Assembly (NCBI GenBank): GCA_944389745.1
Contig: CALXNM010000001.1
Span: 26,815-90,814, forward strand
DNA from: an uncultured Clostridia bacterium
Lineage (GTDB): Bacteria; Bacillota; Clostridia; TANB77; CAG-508
Direction of reading: 5' to 3'
DNA: 64,000 nt
Below are positions 18,413 through 27,585 of the stretch, in pieces. A program made the position numbers and the translations under genes. The notes beneath the pieces were generated by a model that did no database searches, was not told the origin of the DNA, and saw nothing but the letters and a program-made list of their open reading frames with translations. How positions within the stretch are numbered: the first letter of the stretch is position 1; each line of letters opens with the position of its first letter.

Positions 18413-19369
18413 CTATCCATTAATTATTTTATCTATTGACTCTTCTCTCATTTGTTTAATTATTTTACAACTATTATCTAATTTTTCTTGTTCTTCTTGA
18501 CTTAAATCTAGGTCTAATAATTCTCTTACACCATGTGCATTAATTACTGCTGGAACTCCTATATATATATCGTCTTGTCCATATTGTCCATCTTTTAAAT
18601 ATGTTGAAACTGTAAGAATTGAATTTTCGTTATCTAGTACTGCTCTTACAATTCTATTTAGCGCCATACCTATTCCATAATATGTTGCTTTTTTCTTTTC
18701 AATTATTTCATAAGCTGCTTCTACAACACCTTTGTGAATTTTGTTTAAATCAGAAATTGGATGATGGTTATCTTTCATAACATCTACAACTGGTTTACAT
18801 CCTATATACGCATGATCCCATGGTACAAATGAAGAATCCCCATGTTCACCCATTATATATGCGTGAATATTTTTACTAGAAATTTTAAAATAGTCTGCTA
18901 ATAAATAACGTAGTCTTGCTGTATCCAAAACTGTTCCAGATCCTAGTACTTGATTTTTTGGAAGTCCTGAAACTTTTGCTACAACATATGTCATTAAATC
19001 AACTGGATTACTTGCAACAATTATTACTCCATTAAATCCACTTGCCATTATTTGTTCTGTTACACTTTTCATTATTTTTGTATTTGTTTCTGCAAGTTCA
19101 AGTCTAGTTTGTCCTGGTTTTTGAGCAGCTCCTGCTGTTATAACTACTATTTGAGCATCTTTACAATCTGAATAATCACCTGCTTTTATTACCATTTTTT
19201 GTGGTGCATATGGAAGTCCATGTGATAAATCCATTTCTTCTCCAATAGTTTTATCTTTATTTACATCAACTAATACTAATTCATTTATTCCTCCCCTGTT
19301 TAACATAGAATAAGCCATACTCATTCCTACGAATCCTGCACCTACTAATACTATTTTACCTTTTTTCAT
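18413..19369 (-). CDS. ldh: L-lactate dehydrogenase
   Basis: KIVLVGAGFVGMS Rossmann motif, ITAGAAQKPGQTR, GEHGDS, and a typical length. Confidence 0.92.
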   Translation of the reverse strand: MKKGKIVLVGAGFVGMSMAYSMLNRGGINELVLVDVNKDKTIGEEMDLSHGLPYAPQKMVIKAGDYSDCKDAQIVVITAGAAQKPGQTRLELAETNTKIMKSVTEQIMASGFNGVIIVASNPVDLMTYVVAKVSGLPKNQVLGSGTVLDTARLRYLLADYFKISSKNIHAYIMGEHGDSSFVPWDHAYIGCKPVVDVMKDNHHPISDLNKIHKGVVEAAYEIIEKKKATYYGIGMALNRIVRAVLDNENSILTVSTYLKDGQYGQDDIYIGVPAVINAHGVRELLDLDLSQEEQEKLDNSCKIIKQMREESIDKIING

Positions 19370-19453
19370 TTATACCATTCCTTTCTTAAAACTATTTAAC
19401 TTTTTTGCCACACATTAGTTTATCACATTATGACACACTTTTCAATTATTTAA

Positions 19454-19507
19454 ACAAAAAAATTACAATTAGGAACGGACTGTTTTGTAAGTCCGTCCCA
19501 ATTGTAA
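19454..19507 (-). terminator. Terminator after clpC
   Basis: A long imperfect palindrome (TTACAATTGGGACGGAC / GTCCGTTCCTAATTGTAA on the minus strand) is followed by a T-run. Confidence 0.6.
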
Positions 19508-19508
19508 A

Positions 19509-21959
19509 TTATTTTACTTTTATTTCATTGTTTTCTGCTATTATTTTAGCTTTTTTATGTGGTATTATTTTTCCATCTAGTATTGCTTCTGCTAGTTTAT
19601 CTTCTACGTTACTTTGTATTGCTCTTTTTAATGGTCTTGCACCATAATTTGTATCAATACCTTTTTTAGCTACTAAATTTTTTACAGATTTATCAAATTC
19701 TATATCGTATTCTTGTTCTAGTAAACGTTTTTGAACTTGTTTTAGCATTATATCTATAATTTGTTCTATGTCTTCTTTAGTTAGTTTATGGAATACTATA
19801 ATATCATCTATACGGTTTATAAATTCTGGTCTGAATTCTTTCTTTAATTCTGCCATTACATCTTTTTTGATATTTTCATATTCTTTTTCTTCTCCTTCTT
19901 TACCTTTGTTGTCACTGCTAAATCCTAAAACATTTTTATCTGTAATCATTCTAGCACCAACATTTGATGTCATTATTATTACAGTATTTTTAAAGTTTAC
20001 TGTTCTACCTTGTGCATCTGTTAATCTACCATCATCTAATATTTGAAGTAACATATTCATTACATCAGGATGTGCTTTTTCAATTTCGTCAAATAGTATT
20101 ACTGAATATGGTTTTCTTCTTATTTTCTCAGTTAATTGACCACCTTCATCATATCCAACATATCCTGGAGGTGAACCAATTAGTTTTGCAACTGAATGTG
20201 GTTCCATATATTCAGACATATCAACTCTTATCATTGCACTTTCATTTCCAAATAATGCTTCGGCCAAAGCTTTTGATAATTCTGTTTTACCAACACCAGT
20301 TGGTCCTAAGAATAAGAATGAGCCTATTGGTCTATTTGGATCTTTTAATCCAACTCTGCCTCTTCTTATAGCTTTGCTAACAGCTTCTACTGCTTCATTT
20401 TGTCCAATTACTCTTTTATGTAATGTTTCTTCTAGATGTTTTAATTTTTCATTCTCATCTTGAGTAATTTTATTTACTGGTATTCCTGTCCAACTTGCTA
20501 TTACTTCTGCAATATCTTCTTCAGTTAAATTCATAACTTTTTTACTATTTTTATTTTGCCATTTTTTCTTTTCTGTTTCTAATACTTCTTTTTGCTCTTT
20601 TTCTTTATCTCTTAATGTAGCTGCTTTTTCAAAATCTTGTACACGAATTGCATCTTCTTTTTCTCTGTCAAGACTTGCTATCTTATCTTCTATTTCTTTT
20701 ATGCTATCTGGCATTGTGTATGTTCTCATTTTTACTCTTGAAGCTGCTTCATCCATTAAGTCTATTGCTTTGTCTGGTAAATATCTATCATTAATATATC
20801 TTATAGATAAATCAACTGCTGATTTTATTGCTTCTTCAGTTATTTTTACATCATGATGTGCTTCATATTTATCTCTTAATCCTTCTAGGATTTTTATTGT
20901 TTCTTCCTCGGTTGGTTCTCCTACAGTAACTGGACTAAATCTTCTCTCTAAAGCACTATCTTTTTCAATGTATTTTCTATATTCATTTAATGTTGTAGCA
21001 CCTATTACTTGCACTTCACCTCTTGCTAGTAGTGGTTTTAAGATATTTGCTGCATCAACTGCACCTTCTGCAGAACCTGCACCTACTATAGTGTGAATTT
21101 CATCAATAAATAGAATTACATCTCCTGCTTTTTGAACTTCATTTAAGCATTTTTTAATTCTATCTTCAAAATCTCCTCTATATTTAGCACCTGCAACCAT
21201 ACCTGATATATCAAGTGATACAACTCTTTTATTTTTTATCATTTCTGGAACATCATCTGCAATTATTTTCTCAGCTAATCCCTCTACAACTGCTGTTTTA
21301 CCAACACCAGGTTCACCAATTAAACATGGATTATTTTTTGTTCTTCTAGATAAAATTTGAGTAACCCTATCTATTTCAGTTTTTCTTCCTATAACTGGGT
21401 CTAATTTTCCTTCTCTTGCTTTTTTAGTTAAATCTGCACCATATTGATTTAATGTTGGTGTAGAATTATAACTTCCTAAGTTCTTATCATTACTAGCTTT
21501 TCCTAAATTAGAATCTGTTCCATCTTCATTTATAACTTTTGCAATTTCATTATATAATTTTCTTGGATCTAGATTTAAATCCATCATAATTCTAACTGCC
21601 ACACTGTCTCCTTCATGCATAATACCTATTAATATATGTTCTGTACCTATAAATTCTGAACCTAATCTACGAGCCTCAACAAAAGCATTTTCAATAATTC
21701 TTTTACTTCTTGGTGTAAATCCTAAAGATTCATCTTGTGATAAAGGATTTCCTGTACCTATAAGCATTTCAATTTCATTTAATATATCTTCTGAAGATAT
21801 TCCTTGGTTTTCTAAAACTTTACTTGCAATTCCAGTTCCTTCTTTAGCTAAACCATATAAAATATGTTCAGTTCCGATATAATTATGTCCAAGTTCTAAT
21901 GCAATATCATTTGCAATTTCTATAGCTTTTTCCGCTCTATTTGTAAATTTGTATACCAT
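19509..21959 (-). CDS. clpC: ATP-dependent Clp protease ATP-binding subunit ClpC
   Basis: Clp N-repeats, two AAA+ modules (GEPGVGKT and GPTGVGKT) and a UVR-like middle domain. It follows mcsB. Confidence 0.95.
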   Translation of the reverse strand: MVYKFTNRAEKAIEIANDIALELGHNYIGTEHILYGLAKEGTGIASKVLENQGISSEDILNEIEMLIGTGNPLSQDESLGFTPRSKRIIENAFVEARRLGSEFIGTEHILIGIMHEGDSVAVRIMMDLNLDPRKLYNEIAKVINEDGTDSNLGKASNDKNLGSYNSTPTLNQYGADLTKKAREGKLDPVIGRKTEIDRVTQILSRRTKNNPCLIGEPGVGKTAVVEGLAEKIIADDVPEMIKNKRVVSLDISGMVAGAKYRGDFEDRIKKCLNEVQKAGDVILFIDEIHTIVGAGSAEGAVDAANILKPLLARGEVQVIGATTLNEYRKYIEKDSALERRFSPVTVGEPTEEETIKILEGLRDKYEAHHDVKITEEAIKSAVDLSIRYINDRYLPDKAIDLMDEAASRVKMRTYTMPDSIKEIEDKIASLDREKEDAIRVQDFEKAATLRDKEKEQKEVLETEKKKWQNKNSKKVMNLTEEDIAEVIASWTGIPVNKITQDENEKLKHLEETLHKRVIGQNEAVEAVSKAIRRGRVGLKDPNRPIGSFLFLGPTGVGKTELSKALAEALFGNESAMIRVDMSEYMEPHSVAKLIGSPPGYVGYDEGGQLTEKIRRKPYSVILFDEIEKAHPDVMNMLLQILDDGRLTDAQGRTVNFKNTVIIMTSNVGARMITDKNVLGFSSDNKGKEGEEKEYENIKKDVMAELKKEFRPEFINRIDDIIVFHKLTKEDIEQIIDIMLKQVQKRLLEQEYDIEFDKSVKNLVAKKGIDTNYGARPLKRAIQSNVEDKLAEAILDGKIIPHKKAKIIAENNEIKVK

Positions 21960-21982
21960 AGCTTCTCCCTCCTTTTATGGTT

Positions 21983-22010
21983 ATGCCAAGGGGGTCTGCC
22001 CCGGTGGCAT
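21983..22010. repeat. GC-rich intercistronic hairpin repeat, copy 1 (mcsB-clpC spacer)
   Basis: ATGCCAAGGGGGTCTGCCCCGGTGGCAT is related to the copies at 31486-31514 and 48878-48906. Confidence 0.7.
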
Positions 22011-23026
22011 TATTCCTTAATAATTTGTTTTATTACTTCTGCTCTTCTAATTTCTCTTTCATATCCGTCTAATGTTTTTCCTAAATATTTTTGTAAATTT
22101 CCTGATTTTGTATATAGCTCTAATTTCTTTATTTTACTATCATCTAATTCTTTTATAATTCCTAAGTCTGTACCTAATTTTACTTCTGATAATAATTTTT
22201 TACATTCGTCTGCTGATATTTTTAATGCATTACTCATAATTCCATAATCTCTATATACTCTATCTTCTATTTCAATTTGATTTTTACATAAATATTTTCT
22301 TGCCAATCTTTCTTGTTCTATTACTTTTTCTGAAATACTCTTAACACTTGAAACGATTTCTTTCTCTGTTACACCTATAGTTTGATTGCTCGAAATTTGG
22401 TATAAATCTCCTACATTTTGAGTACCTTCACCATATAATCCTTTTATACTCATTCCCATATTGTTTATTATTCTTAGCATTTTTGATAAGTTTCCTGTTA
22501 ATGTTAGTGCTGGTAAATGTACTATAACAGATGCTTTCATTCCTGTGCCTATATTAATTGGAGATGCTGATAAATATCCAATTTTTTTACTATATGAATA
22601 GTTTAACATTTCTCCGATTTTTTCATCCAATTCAATTACTAAGTTCATTAAATTTTCTAGTTCTTGTCCTGAACTAAATACTTGTAATTTAATATGATCT
22701 TCTTCATTAATCATTACGCATATATTTTCTTCATCATTTATAATGATTGCTTTTTTTGTTGTATTATCACTAATAAATTCTGGACTTATCAAATTTTTTT
22801 CAGCCAAACTTACTTTTGTAACATCATCTAAGTCATCTAAATCTATGTATTTAAGCCCATATCCTAAACTTGGTATAATTTCTTTTATAGTTTGTAAGAT
22901 TTTTTCTTGTTCTGGATTAGTACATTTATTTAAGAACTTAAATCCACTTAAATTTCTTACTAGTCTTACTCTTGAACTTACTACAACATCCGAATCCTTA
23001 CCATTTTGTAAATACCAATTTGACAT
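22010..23026 (-). CDS. mcsB: Protein arginine kinase McsB
   Basis: ATP:guanido phosphotransferase family features (SSRVRLVRNL, GTGMKASV), located between mcsA and clpC. Confidence 0.92.
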   Translation of the reverse strand: MSNWYLQNGKDSDVVVSSRVRLVRNLSGFKFLNKCTNPEQEKILQTIKEIIPSLGYGLKYIDLDDLDDVTKVSLAEKNLISPEFISDNTTKKAIIINDEENICVMINEEDHIKLQVFSSGQELENLMNLVIELDEKIGEMLNYSYSKKIGYLSASPINIGTGMKASVIVHLPALTLTGNLSKMLRIINNMGMSIKGLYGEGTQNVGDLYQISSNQTIGVTEKEIVSSVKSISEKVIEQERLARKYLCKNQIEIEDRVYRDYGIMSNALKISADECKKLLSEVKLGTDLGIIKELDDSKIKKLELYTKSGNLQKYLGKTLDGYEREIRRAEVIKQIIKE

Positions 23027-23053
23027 ATTTAGTCTACCTCCTAGTTATTAGTT

Positions 23054-23680
23054 TTATTCTTCTTTGCTATCCTTTTTATCGTCCACTTTTTTATTGTCGC
23101 CTTTTTTAGTTTTTGCATTTTTCTTTTCATCATTTTCTAATTTTATAATTTCATCACGTATTTTAGCTGCATCTTCATATCTTTCGTCTTTAATTGCTTT
23201 TTGTAAATCTTTTTGTAAAACATCTATTTTTGATTTAGTTTTATCTTCTTCGCTTTCTTCTTTTATTTCTACTTTTTTATTGTTTTCCTTTCTTGTTGGG
23301 TCATCATTTTTATAACCTCTTCCTATATGTTTGTTTGATCCTTGTATTTTTCTAAGTAAAGGTTCTATTCTGTCTTCAAATGTGTCATAACATTCATCAC
23401 ATCCAAATACTCCCGTATTTATGAAATCATCAAAAGTAGTACCGCAATTGTTGCATTGTAATTCCTTTGTTCCCATAAAACTTGGTAATAAACTGTCGCT
23501 ATATGCATTAAAGAAATCACCTAAAAAACTAGAAAAACTAATTGGCATACTAAAGCTCATGTCTTTTAGTCCTAATTCTTTTGCACATTTATCGCAAAGA
23601 TTCAACTCCTTTTTTACACCATTTACAACCTGAGTATATTTAAAAGTAACTTGATTTTTTCCACAATTTTGACACAACAT
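23054..23680 (-). CDS. mcsA: McsA-like activator of protein arginine kinase (zinc-finger + UVR domain)
   Basis: Repeated CxxC pairs (CQNCG, CDKC, CNNCG, CDEC) and the UVR motif YEDAAKIRDEI. It lies in the ctsR operon. Confidence 0.85.
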   Translation of the reverse strand: MLCQNCGKNQVTFKYTQVVNGVKKELNLCDKCAKELGLKDMSFSMPISFSSFLGDFFNAYSDSLLPSFMGTKELQCNNCGTTFDDFINTGVFGCDECYDTFEDRIEPLLRKIQGSNKHIGRGYKNDDPTRKENNKKVEIKEESEEDKTKSKIDVLQKDLQKAIKDERYEDAAKIRDEIIKLENDEKKNAKTKKGDNKKVDDKKDSKEE

Positions 23681-23706
23681 AATAAATTCCTCCTTTATAT
23701 AATTTT

Positions 23707-24156
23707 TTAATCATCCACTAAATTTATTAACATATTCTTAAATATTTTTGCTCTAACCTCATCTTTTATATTTTGTGGGATTGTAAGTACATTGTCACTT
23801 GTCGCAACTTTTAATAATTTTGCTTCTTTTTTTGTAATAACCCCAAATGATAGGAAATTATTCAAAAAAGCATCTACTTCTTGTGAACTAATTCGATCTC
23901 CTATACTTGATATAGCATGCATTAAATAATTGCTTTTAGTTATATTTACTTTCCTAATGCTAATATGGCCTCCGCCACCTCTTTTACTTTCTACATAATA
24001 ACCTTGTGATGGCTTAAACCTTGTTGATATAACATAGTTTATTTGTGATGGAACACAATTAAAATGTTCTGCTAAATCATTTCTTTGTATTTCTATATAA
24101 TCTTCATCATTAAATAGTTCTTTTATAAATTCTTCTATCATATCTGAGATTCTCAT
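23707..24156 (-). CDS. ctsR: Class III stress-gene repressor CtsR
   Basis: MRISDMIEEFIKELF...VESKRGGGGHI is a typical CtsR glycine-rich loop. It is the first gene of the clpC operon. Confidence 0.92.
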   Translation of the reverse strand: MRISDMIEEFIKELFNDEDYIEIQRNDLAEHFNCVPSQINYVISTRFKPSQGYYVESKRGGGGHISIRKVNITKSNYLMHAISSIGDRISSQEVDAFLNNFLSFGVITKKEAKLLKVATSDNVLTIPQNIKDEVRAKIFKNMLINLVDD

Positions 24157-24205
24157 TTGATCACTTCCATTTCTTTTTTGGCTCTTTATCTTTTTGTTTT
24201 TAGAC

Positions 24206-24222
24206 TTTGACTTTCTTTGACC
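24206..24222 (-). promoter_or_regulatory. CtsR operator (direct heptad repeat)
   Basis: The minus strand reads GGTCAAA-GAA-AGTCAAA, matching the consensus A/GGTCAAAnAnA/GGTCAAA. It lies just downstream of the -10 element. Confidence 0.85.
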
Positions 24223-24231
24223 TACATTTAT

Positions 24232-24259
24232 ATTATACTCTCTTTTTTCTAATTGTCAA
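24232..24259 (-). promoter_or_regulatory. Sigma-A promoter of the ctsR operon
   Basis: The minus strand reads TTGACA-16 nt-TATAAT. Confidence 0.65.
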
Positions 24260-24347
24260 TACATTTTTTAATTTTCTTAAATTTTTTTAACCAACCTTTT
24301 ACTTGCAAATTATAGTTTTTCAACATTTTTTCATTTTATTTAATGAT

Positions 24348-24518
24348 TTATTTTTTTGAATCCTCTTTTTTAGTCATTTTATTTAATTCCTGTGCTCTTT
24401 TCTTTTGTCTTTCGGGACTAACCCATGCAAAATATGACGAAATAAATTCTCCATATTTTGTAACATCCTCTGTTTCCTCATCTTTTTCTATTCCATTTAT
24501 TTTTCTATCATCTTTCAA
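24348..24518 (-). CDS. Small hypothetical protein (56 aa, TTG start)
   Basis: AGGAGGTG lies 7-9 nt before TTG 24518. The ATG start in the track ORF has no RBS. I recognise no family. Confidence 0.35.
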   Translation of the reverse strand: MKDDRKINGIEKDEETEDVTKYGEFISSYFAWVSPERQKKRAQELNKMTKKEDSKK

Positions 24519-24605
24519 AAAAATGCACCTCCTATATTTATATAGTTTGTGCATTTAATTATTATTTATTCTACTATTATTATTTTAATATTCTATTTTA
24601 TATTT

Positions 24606-25478
24606 TTAATTTATAACTTCTTCTATAATTTCAGCCACACCATCATCATTATTACTTGATACTACTCTATCTGCTATTTCTTTTATATATGGTGCACTAT
24701 TTCCCATTGCTACTCCAAGGCCTGCGTTTTCAATCATTAATTTATCATTTACATTGTCTCCAATTCCAATTATCTCTTCATTAGGTATATTTAATCTTTC
24801 GGCAAGCCATTTTAAAGCATTCCATTTATCTACATTCTCACTTGTTATTTCAGTATAGTAATATGCTATTTGAACTTCTTCTGTTCCAGCCTTTATTATT
24901 TTTCTAGACATATGTGCTACATCTAAAACATCAATATTTTTTATTTCTCTTAATTTTTTAATTATGCTATTAAATATAATATTACTACTATCACTAATAG
25001 TAAATTTTAATATATTTTCATTATCTAAATTTTCTATATATTCATATATATTTTCTACCAAATTAATTTTTGTTTTTCTACTATCTGGTTTATTTGCATT
25101 TTCTTGATGATAAAATAATACATTATTACTTAACGTTTTTGCTATAACCATGTTTTCTGTATATACATTATAATATATACTATTTTCCTCGCAAATTTTT
25201 ATTATTTGTAATGCTTTTTTCTTTTCAATAAACTTATCGTATATTATTTCTTCACTTTGTAAATCATATACTAAAGAACCATTACCACAAATGATATAAT
25301 CATTATTTCCTAATTCATTTGCCATATTTTTTACTGAATTTGTTGTTCTACCAGAAGCTAAAACAATTTGAATACCTTTTTCTTGCGCTCTTTTTAATGC
25401 TTCTCTATTTCTTTCAGAAACCTGACCATATGAATTCAAAAGTGTTCCATCTAAATCTATTGCTATTAATTTATACAT
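24606..25478 (-). CDS. Cof-type HAD-IIB phosphatase
   Basis: IAIDLDGTLLN motif I, ASGR, and the C-terminal GDNVNDKLMIENAGLGVAMGNS. Confidence 0.85.
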   Translation of the reverse strand: MYKLIAIDLDGTLLNSYGQVSERNREALKRAQEKGIQIVLASGRTTNSVKNMANELGNNDYIICGNGSLVYDLQSEEIIYDKFIEKKKALQIIKICEENSIYYNVYTENMVIAKTLSNNVLFYHQENANKPDSRKTKINLVENIYEYIENLDNENILKFTISDSSNIIFNSIIKKLREIKNIDVLDVAHMSRKIIKAGTEEVQIAYYYTEITSENVDKWNALKWLAERLNIPNEEIIGIGDNVNDKLMIENAGLGVAMGNSAPYIKEIADRVVSSNNDDGVAEIIEEVIN

Positions 25479-25694
25479 TAAAAATCTCCTTAAATTACTT
25501 CTTATTCTATTTTTATAATTATTATTTCTTTATTGTTATTAGATTATACCATTTAAAAATTTTATTACAATATTTTTCTCAAAAATTTCCAGTTTATTTT
25601 TATAAAAAAAGTACATGATATTTATTGAAAAAGTACTTACACTTTTTCGAAATTTAAAAATAAACATTTATCACATTCTAGGAGGTGAATTAGA

Positions 25695-25895
25695 ATGGCA
25701 TACTCAAACAGCAATTCAAAAGTTGTTCCAGAAGCTAGAGAAGCTTTAGACAAATTCAAATATGAAGTAGCTTCAGAAGTTGGTGTTAACTTAAAACAAG
25801 GTTATAACGGAGATATATCAGCTAGAGACGCTGGTAAAATAGGTGGACAAATGGTTAGAAAATTAATCCAACAAGCTGAAAGCCAAATGAAATAG
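25695..25895 (+). CDS. ssp: Alpha/beta-type small acid-soluble spore protein
   Basis: The 66-aa product has VPEAREALDKFKYEVASEVGV and GGQMVRKLIQQAE signatures. AGGAGGTG RBS is present. Confidence 0.92.
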   Translation: MAYSNSNSKVVPEAREALDKFKYEVASEVGVNLKQGYNGDISARDAGKIGGQMVRKLIQQAESQMK

Positions 25896-26001
25896 TTTTT
25901 GCGTAGAACTAAATAGCAAAAAATATTAGTCTATTAATTTTTAGATATCAAAATCATATAATTTAATATACTTATATATTTTGCTTAAATCACGTAAAGA
26001 A

Positions 26002-26042
26002 GCAACCCCTTTAGATGTAAATTTAAAGAGGTTGCTTTTTTT
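26002..26042 (+). terminator. Terminator downstream of ssp
   Basis: GCAACCCCTTTA / TAAAGAGGTTGC stem followed by TTTTTTT. Confidence 0.6.
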
Positions 26043-26179
26043 ATGTAATAGGAAATTTCTCATTTCCTATTACATAAAAAGGCTATAATCGCCATTGCCT
26101 TTGAGATTTCCTCCTTTTAGTCGGAAACTCAAATCGGCAAGAACAAAGGGCGACCAAGGTCGCTTTGTTCTTTTTCTAA

Positions 26180-26710
26180 TTATCCTTCTGGTTCTACTAA
26201 CCCAAAGTTTTTGTTGTCTTTTAATCTATATATTACATTTGTTTTTCCTGTTTCAACATCTATAAATGCCATAAATTTATTTTGTGGTTGTTCTTGAAGT
26301 TTTAATTTAGCATCTTCTGGTGTCATAGGTTTTATATCATAGTATAAAACTTTTACTATTTCGTTTGTTACTTCTGTGTCAGCTGATTTCATTTCTTCTT
26401 GTGCTCTAATTGTTTCAAGTTTGTTTTGTCTATCTTTTTTTGTTTTCATTTTTCTAACTTGACCTTCTAATATATCTATATCTTTATCTATAGAAGCATA
26501 TAAATCTTTATGAGCTGTTACTGCTCTAAAATCTTCTGTATCTGTTTTAATGTTCATTTCTGCTACTTTTTGGCTTCCTTCTGTTTTTATTGTAGCATAA
26601 ACATCAAAATCTTCTCCAAAATATTTTTCTAATCTTTCTGCTTTTTTTTCAATGTAATCTTTGATTGCTTCTGTTGCTTCTAACTCTTTACTTGTTATTT
26701 TTATATTCAT
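26180..26710 (-). CDS. hpf: Ribosome hibernation promoting factor (long HPF)
   Basis: MNIKITSKELEATEAIKDYIEKKAERLEKYF is the sigma-54 modulation/S30EA family N-terminus, and a C-terminal dimerisation domain is present. GGAAGGAGAG RBS is present. Confidence 0.9.
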   Translation of the reverse strand: MNIKITSKELEATEAIKDYIEKKAERLEKYFGEDFDVYATIKTEGSQKVAEMNIKTDTEDFRAVTAHKDLYASIDKDIDILEGQVRKMKTKKDRQNKLETIRAQEEMKSADTEVTNEIVKVLYYDIKPMTPEDAKLKLQEQPQNKFMAFIDVETGKTNVIYRLKDNKNFGLVEPEG

Positions 26711-26834
26711 AACAATCTCTCCTTCCAATTATTGTTCATTAGTTATATTGTGCATATATTATATATTGATTTTATTATTTTTTCAAGTAATTTAAACAAT
26801 TTTGTTTTCTCTTCGGTGATAAATCTTTGTACTT

Positions 26835-26863
26835 TTGAAAAATTATGTAAATTATGGTATAAT
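26835..26863 (+). promoter_or_regulatory. Strong sigma-A-type promoter with extended -10 (near-duplicate of 13079-13107)
   Basis: TTGAAA-AATTATGTAAATTATGG-TATAAT. 28 of 29 nt are identical to the minus-strand promoter at 13079-13107. Confidence 0.5.
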
Positions 26864-26869
26864 TAAAAT

Positions 26870-26950
26870 GTTATACACCATGGCCGACTCGTCTCTTAAT
26901 TACGTAGAGCAGGCAAACGAGGAACACCTAGCATACGCTAGGTGTTTTTC
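26870..26950 (+). ncRNA. Candidate ~80-nt small RNA or orphan leader (relatively GC-rich)
   Basis: It starts about 7 nt after the -10 and contains CTCGTCTC...GAG...ACGAG pairing. It ends in the terminator AACACCTAGC-ATAC-GCTAGGTGTT plus TTTTT. rpsT downstream has its own promoter. Confidence 0.35.
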
Positions 26951-27129
26951 GCAAGTAAGTAAGGAATAAGAAAGGTTGTATTTAACAGTCTAATAAAGAA
27001 ATTACAAACAAGCTCACAATTTTTTTCACAACAGGCCCATAAATTTTACTAAAACACTTGCAAAATACGCATTTATGTGATAAAATATTATTCGTTAATT
27101 TTAGGTTACTTAAAGAGGAGGTGCAAAAC

Positions 27130-27396
27130 ATGCCAAACATTAAATCAGCTATAAAAAGAGTAAGTGTTATTGAAAAGAAAACATTAAGAAATAACATGAT
27201 TAAATCTGAATATAAAACAGCTATAAGAAGATTTGAAGAAGCTTTAGCTAATAATGATAAAGAGAAAGCTACAGAATTATTCTCAGCAGCAACAAGAAAA
27301 ATAGATCAAGCTTGTACAAAAGGTGTTATTGTAAAAAACACAGCTGCTAGAAAAAAATCTAATTTAGCTAAAAAATTAAATGCTGCAAATGCATAG
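27130..27396 (+). CDS. rpsT: 30S ribosomal protein S20
   Basis: [21 protein letters not shown] with a GAGGAGGTG RBS. A TTGCAA-17 nt-TAAAAT promoter lies at about 27058-27086. Confidence 0.93.
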   Translation: MPNIKSAIKRVSVIEKKTLRNNMIKSEYKTAIRRFEEALANNDKEKATELFSAATRKIDQACTKGVIVKNTAARKKSNLAKKLNAANA

Positions 27397-27585
27397 AGTT
27401 TTAATAGAAAATTGTGCACAGTTTTTTATTAATGTAGGGTTGTAAATGTTTAATTTTACAGCCTTTTTTATTTGCCTCTTTTTTTATATTATATGCATAT
27501 GCTTTGGATAAAATTTCCTTTGATTTGTTCTTTGTATTATGTTAACATTATTATATATTTATTGTTTTATATGATGGAGGAAATT

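Noticed and set aside
25600-25694. Sigma-G-type forespore promoter for the SASP gene
   Set aside because: A CATTCTA (-10-like) match lies too close to the RBS, and no matching -35 sits at the right spacing. I could not place the promoter with confidence.
26080-26140. Minus-strand AGGAGG followed by an 11-codon ORF (MAIIAFLCNRK) in the ssp-hpf spacer
   Set aside because: The RBS-to-ATG spacing is about 14 nt, the ORF runs through the 14-bp palindrome, and there is no supporting promoter.
26868-26969. A 33-codon ORF (MLYTMADSSLNYVEQANEEHLAYARCFSQVSKE) starting at the predicted transcription start of the 26835 promoter, which would make it leaderless
   Set aside because: An intrinsic terminator (26923-26949) lies inside the ORF before its stop, and there is no RBS. 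A non-coding RNA is the more economical reading, although a leaderless peptide cannot be strictly excluded.
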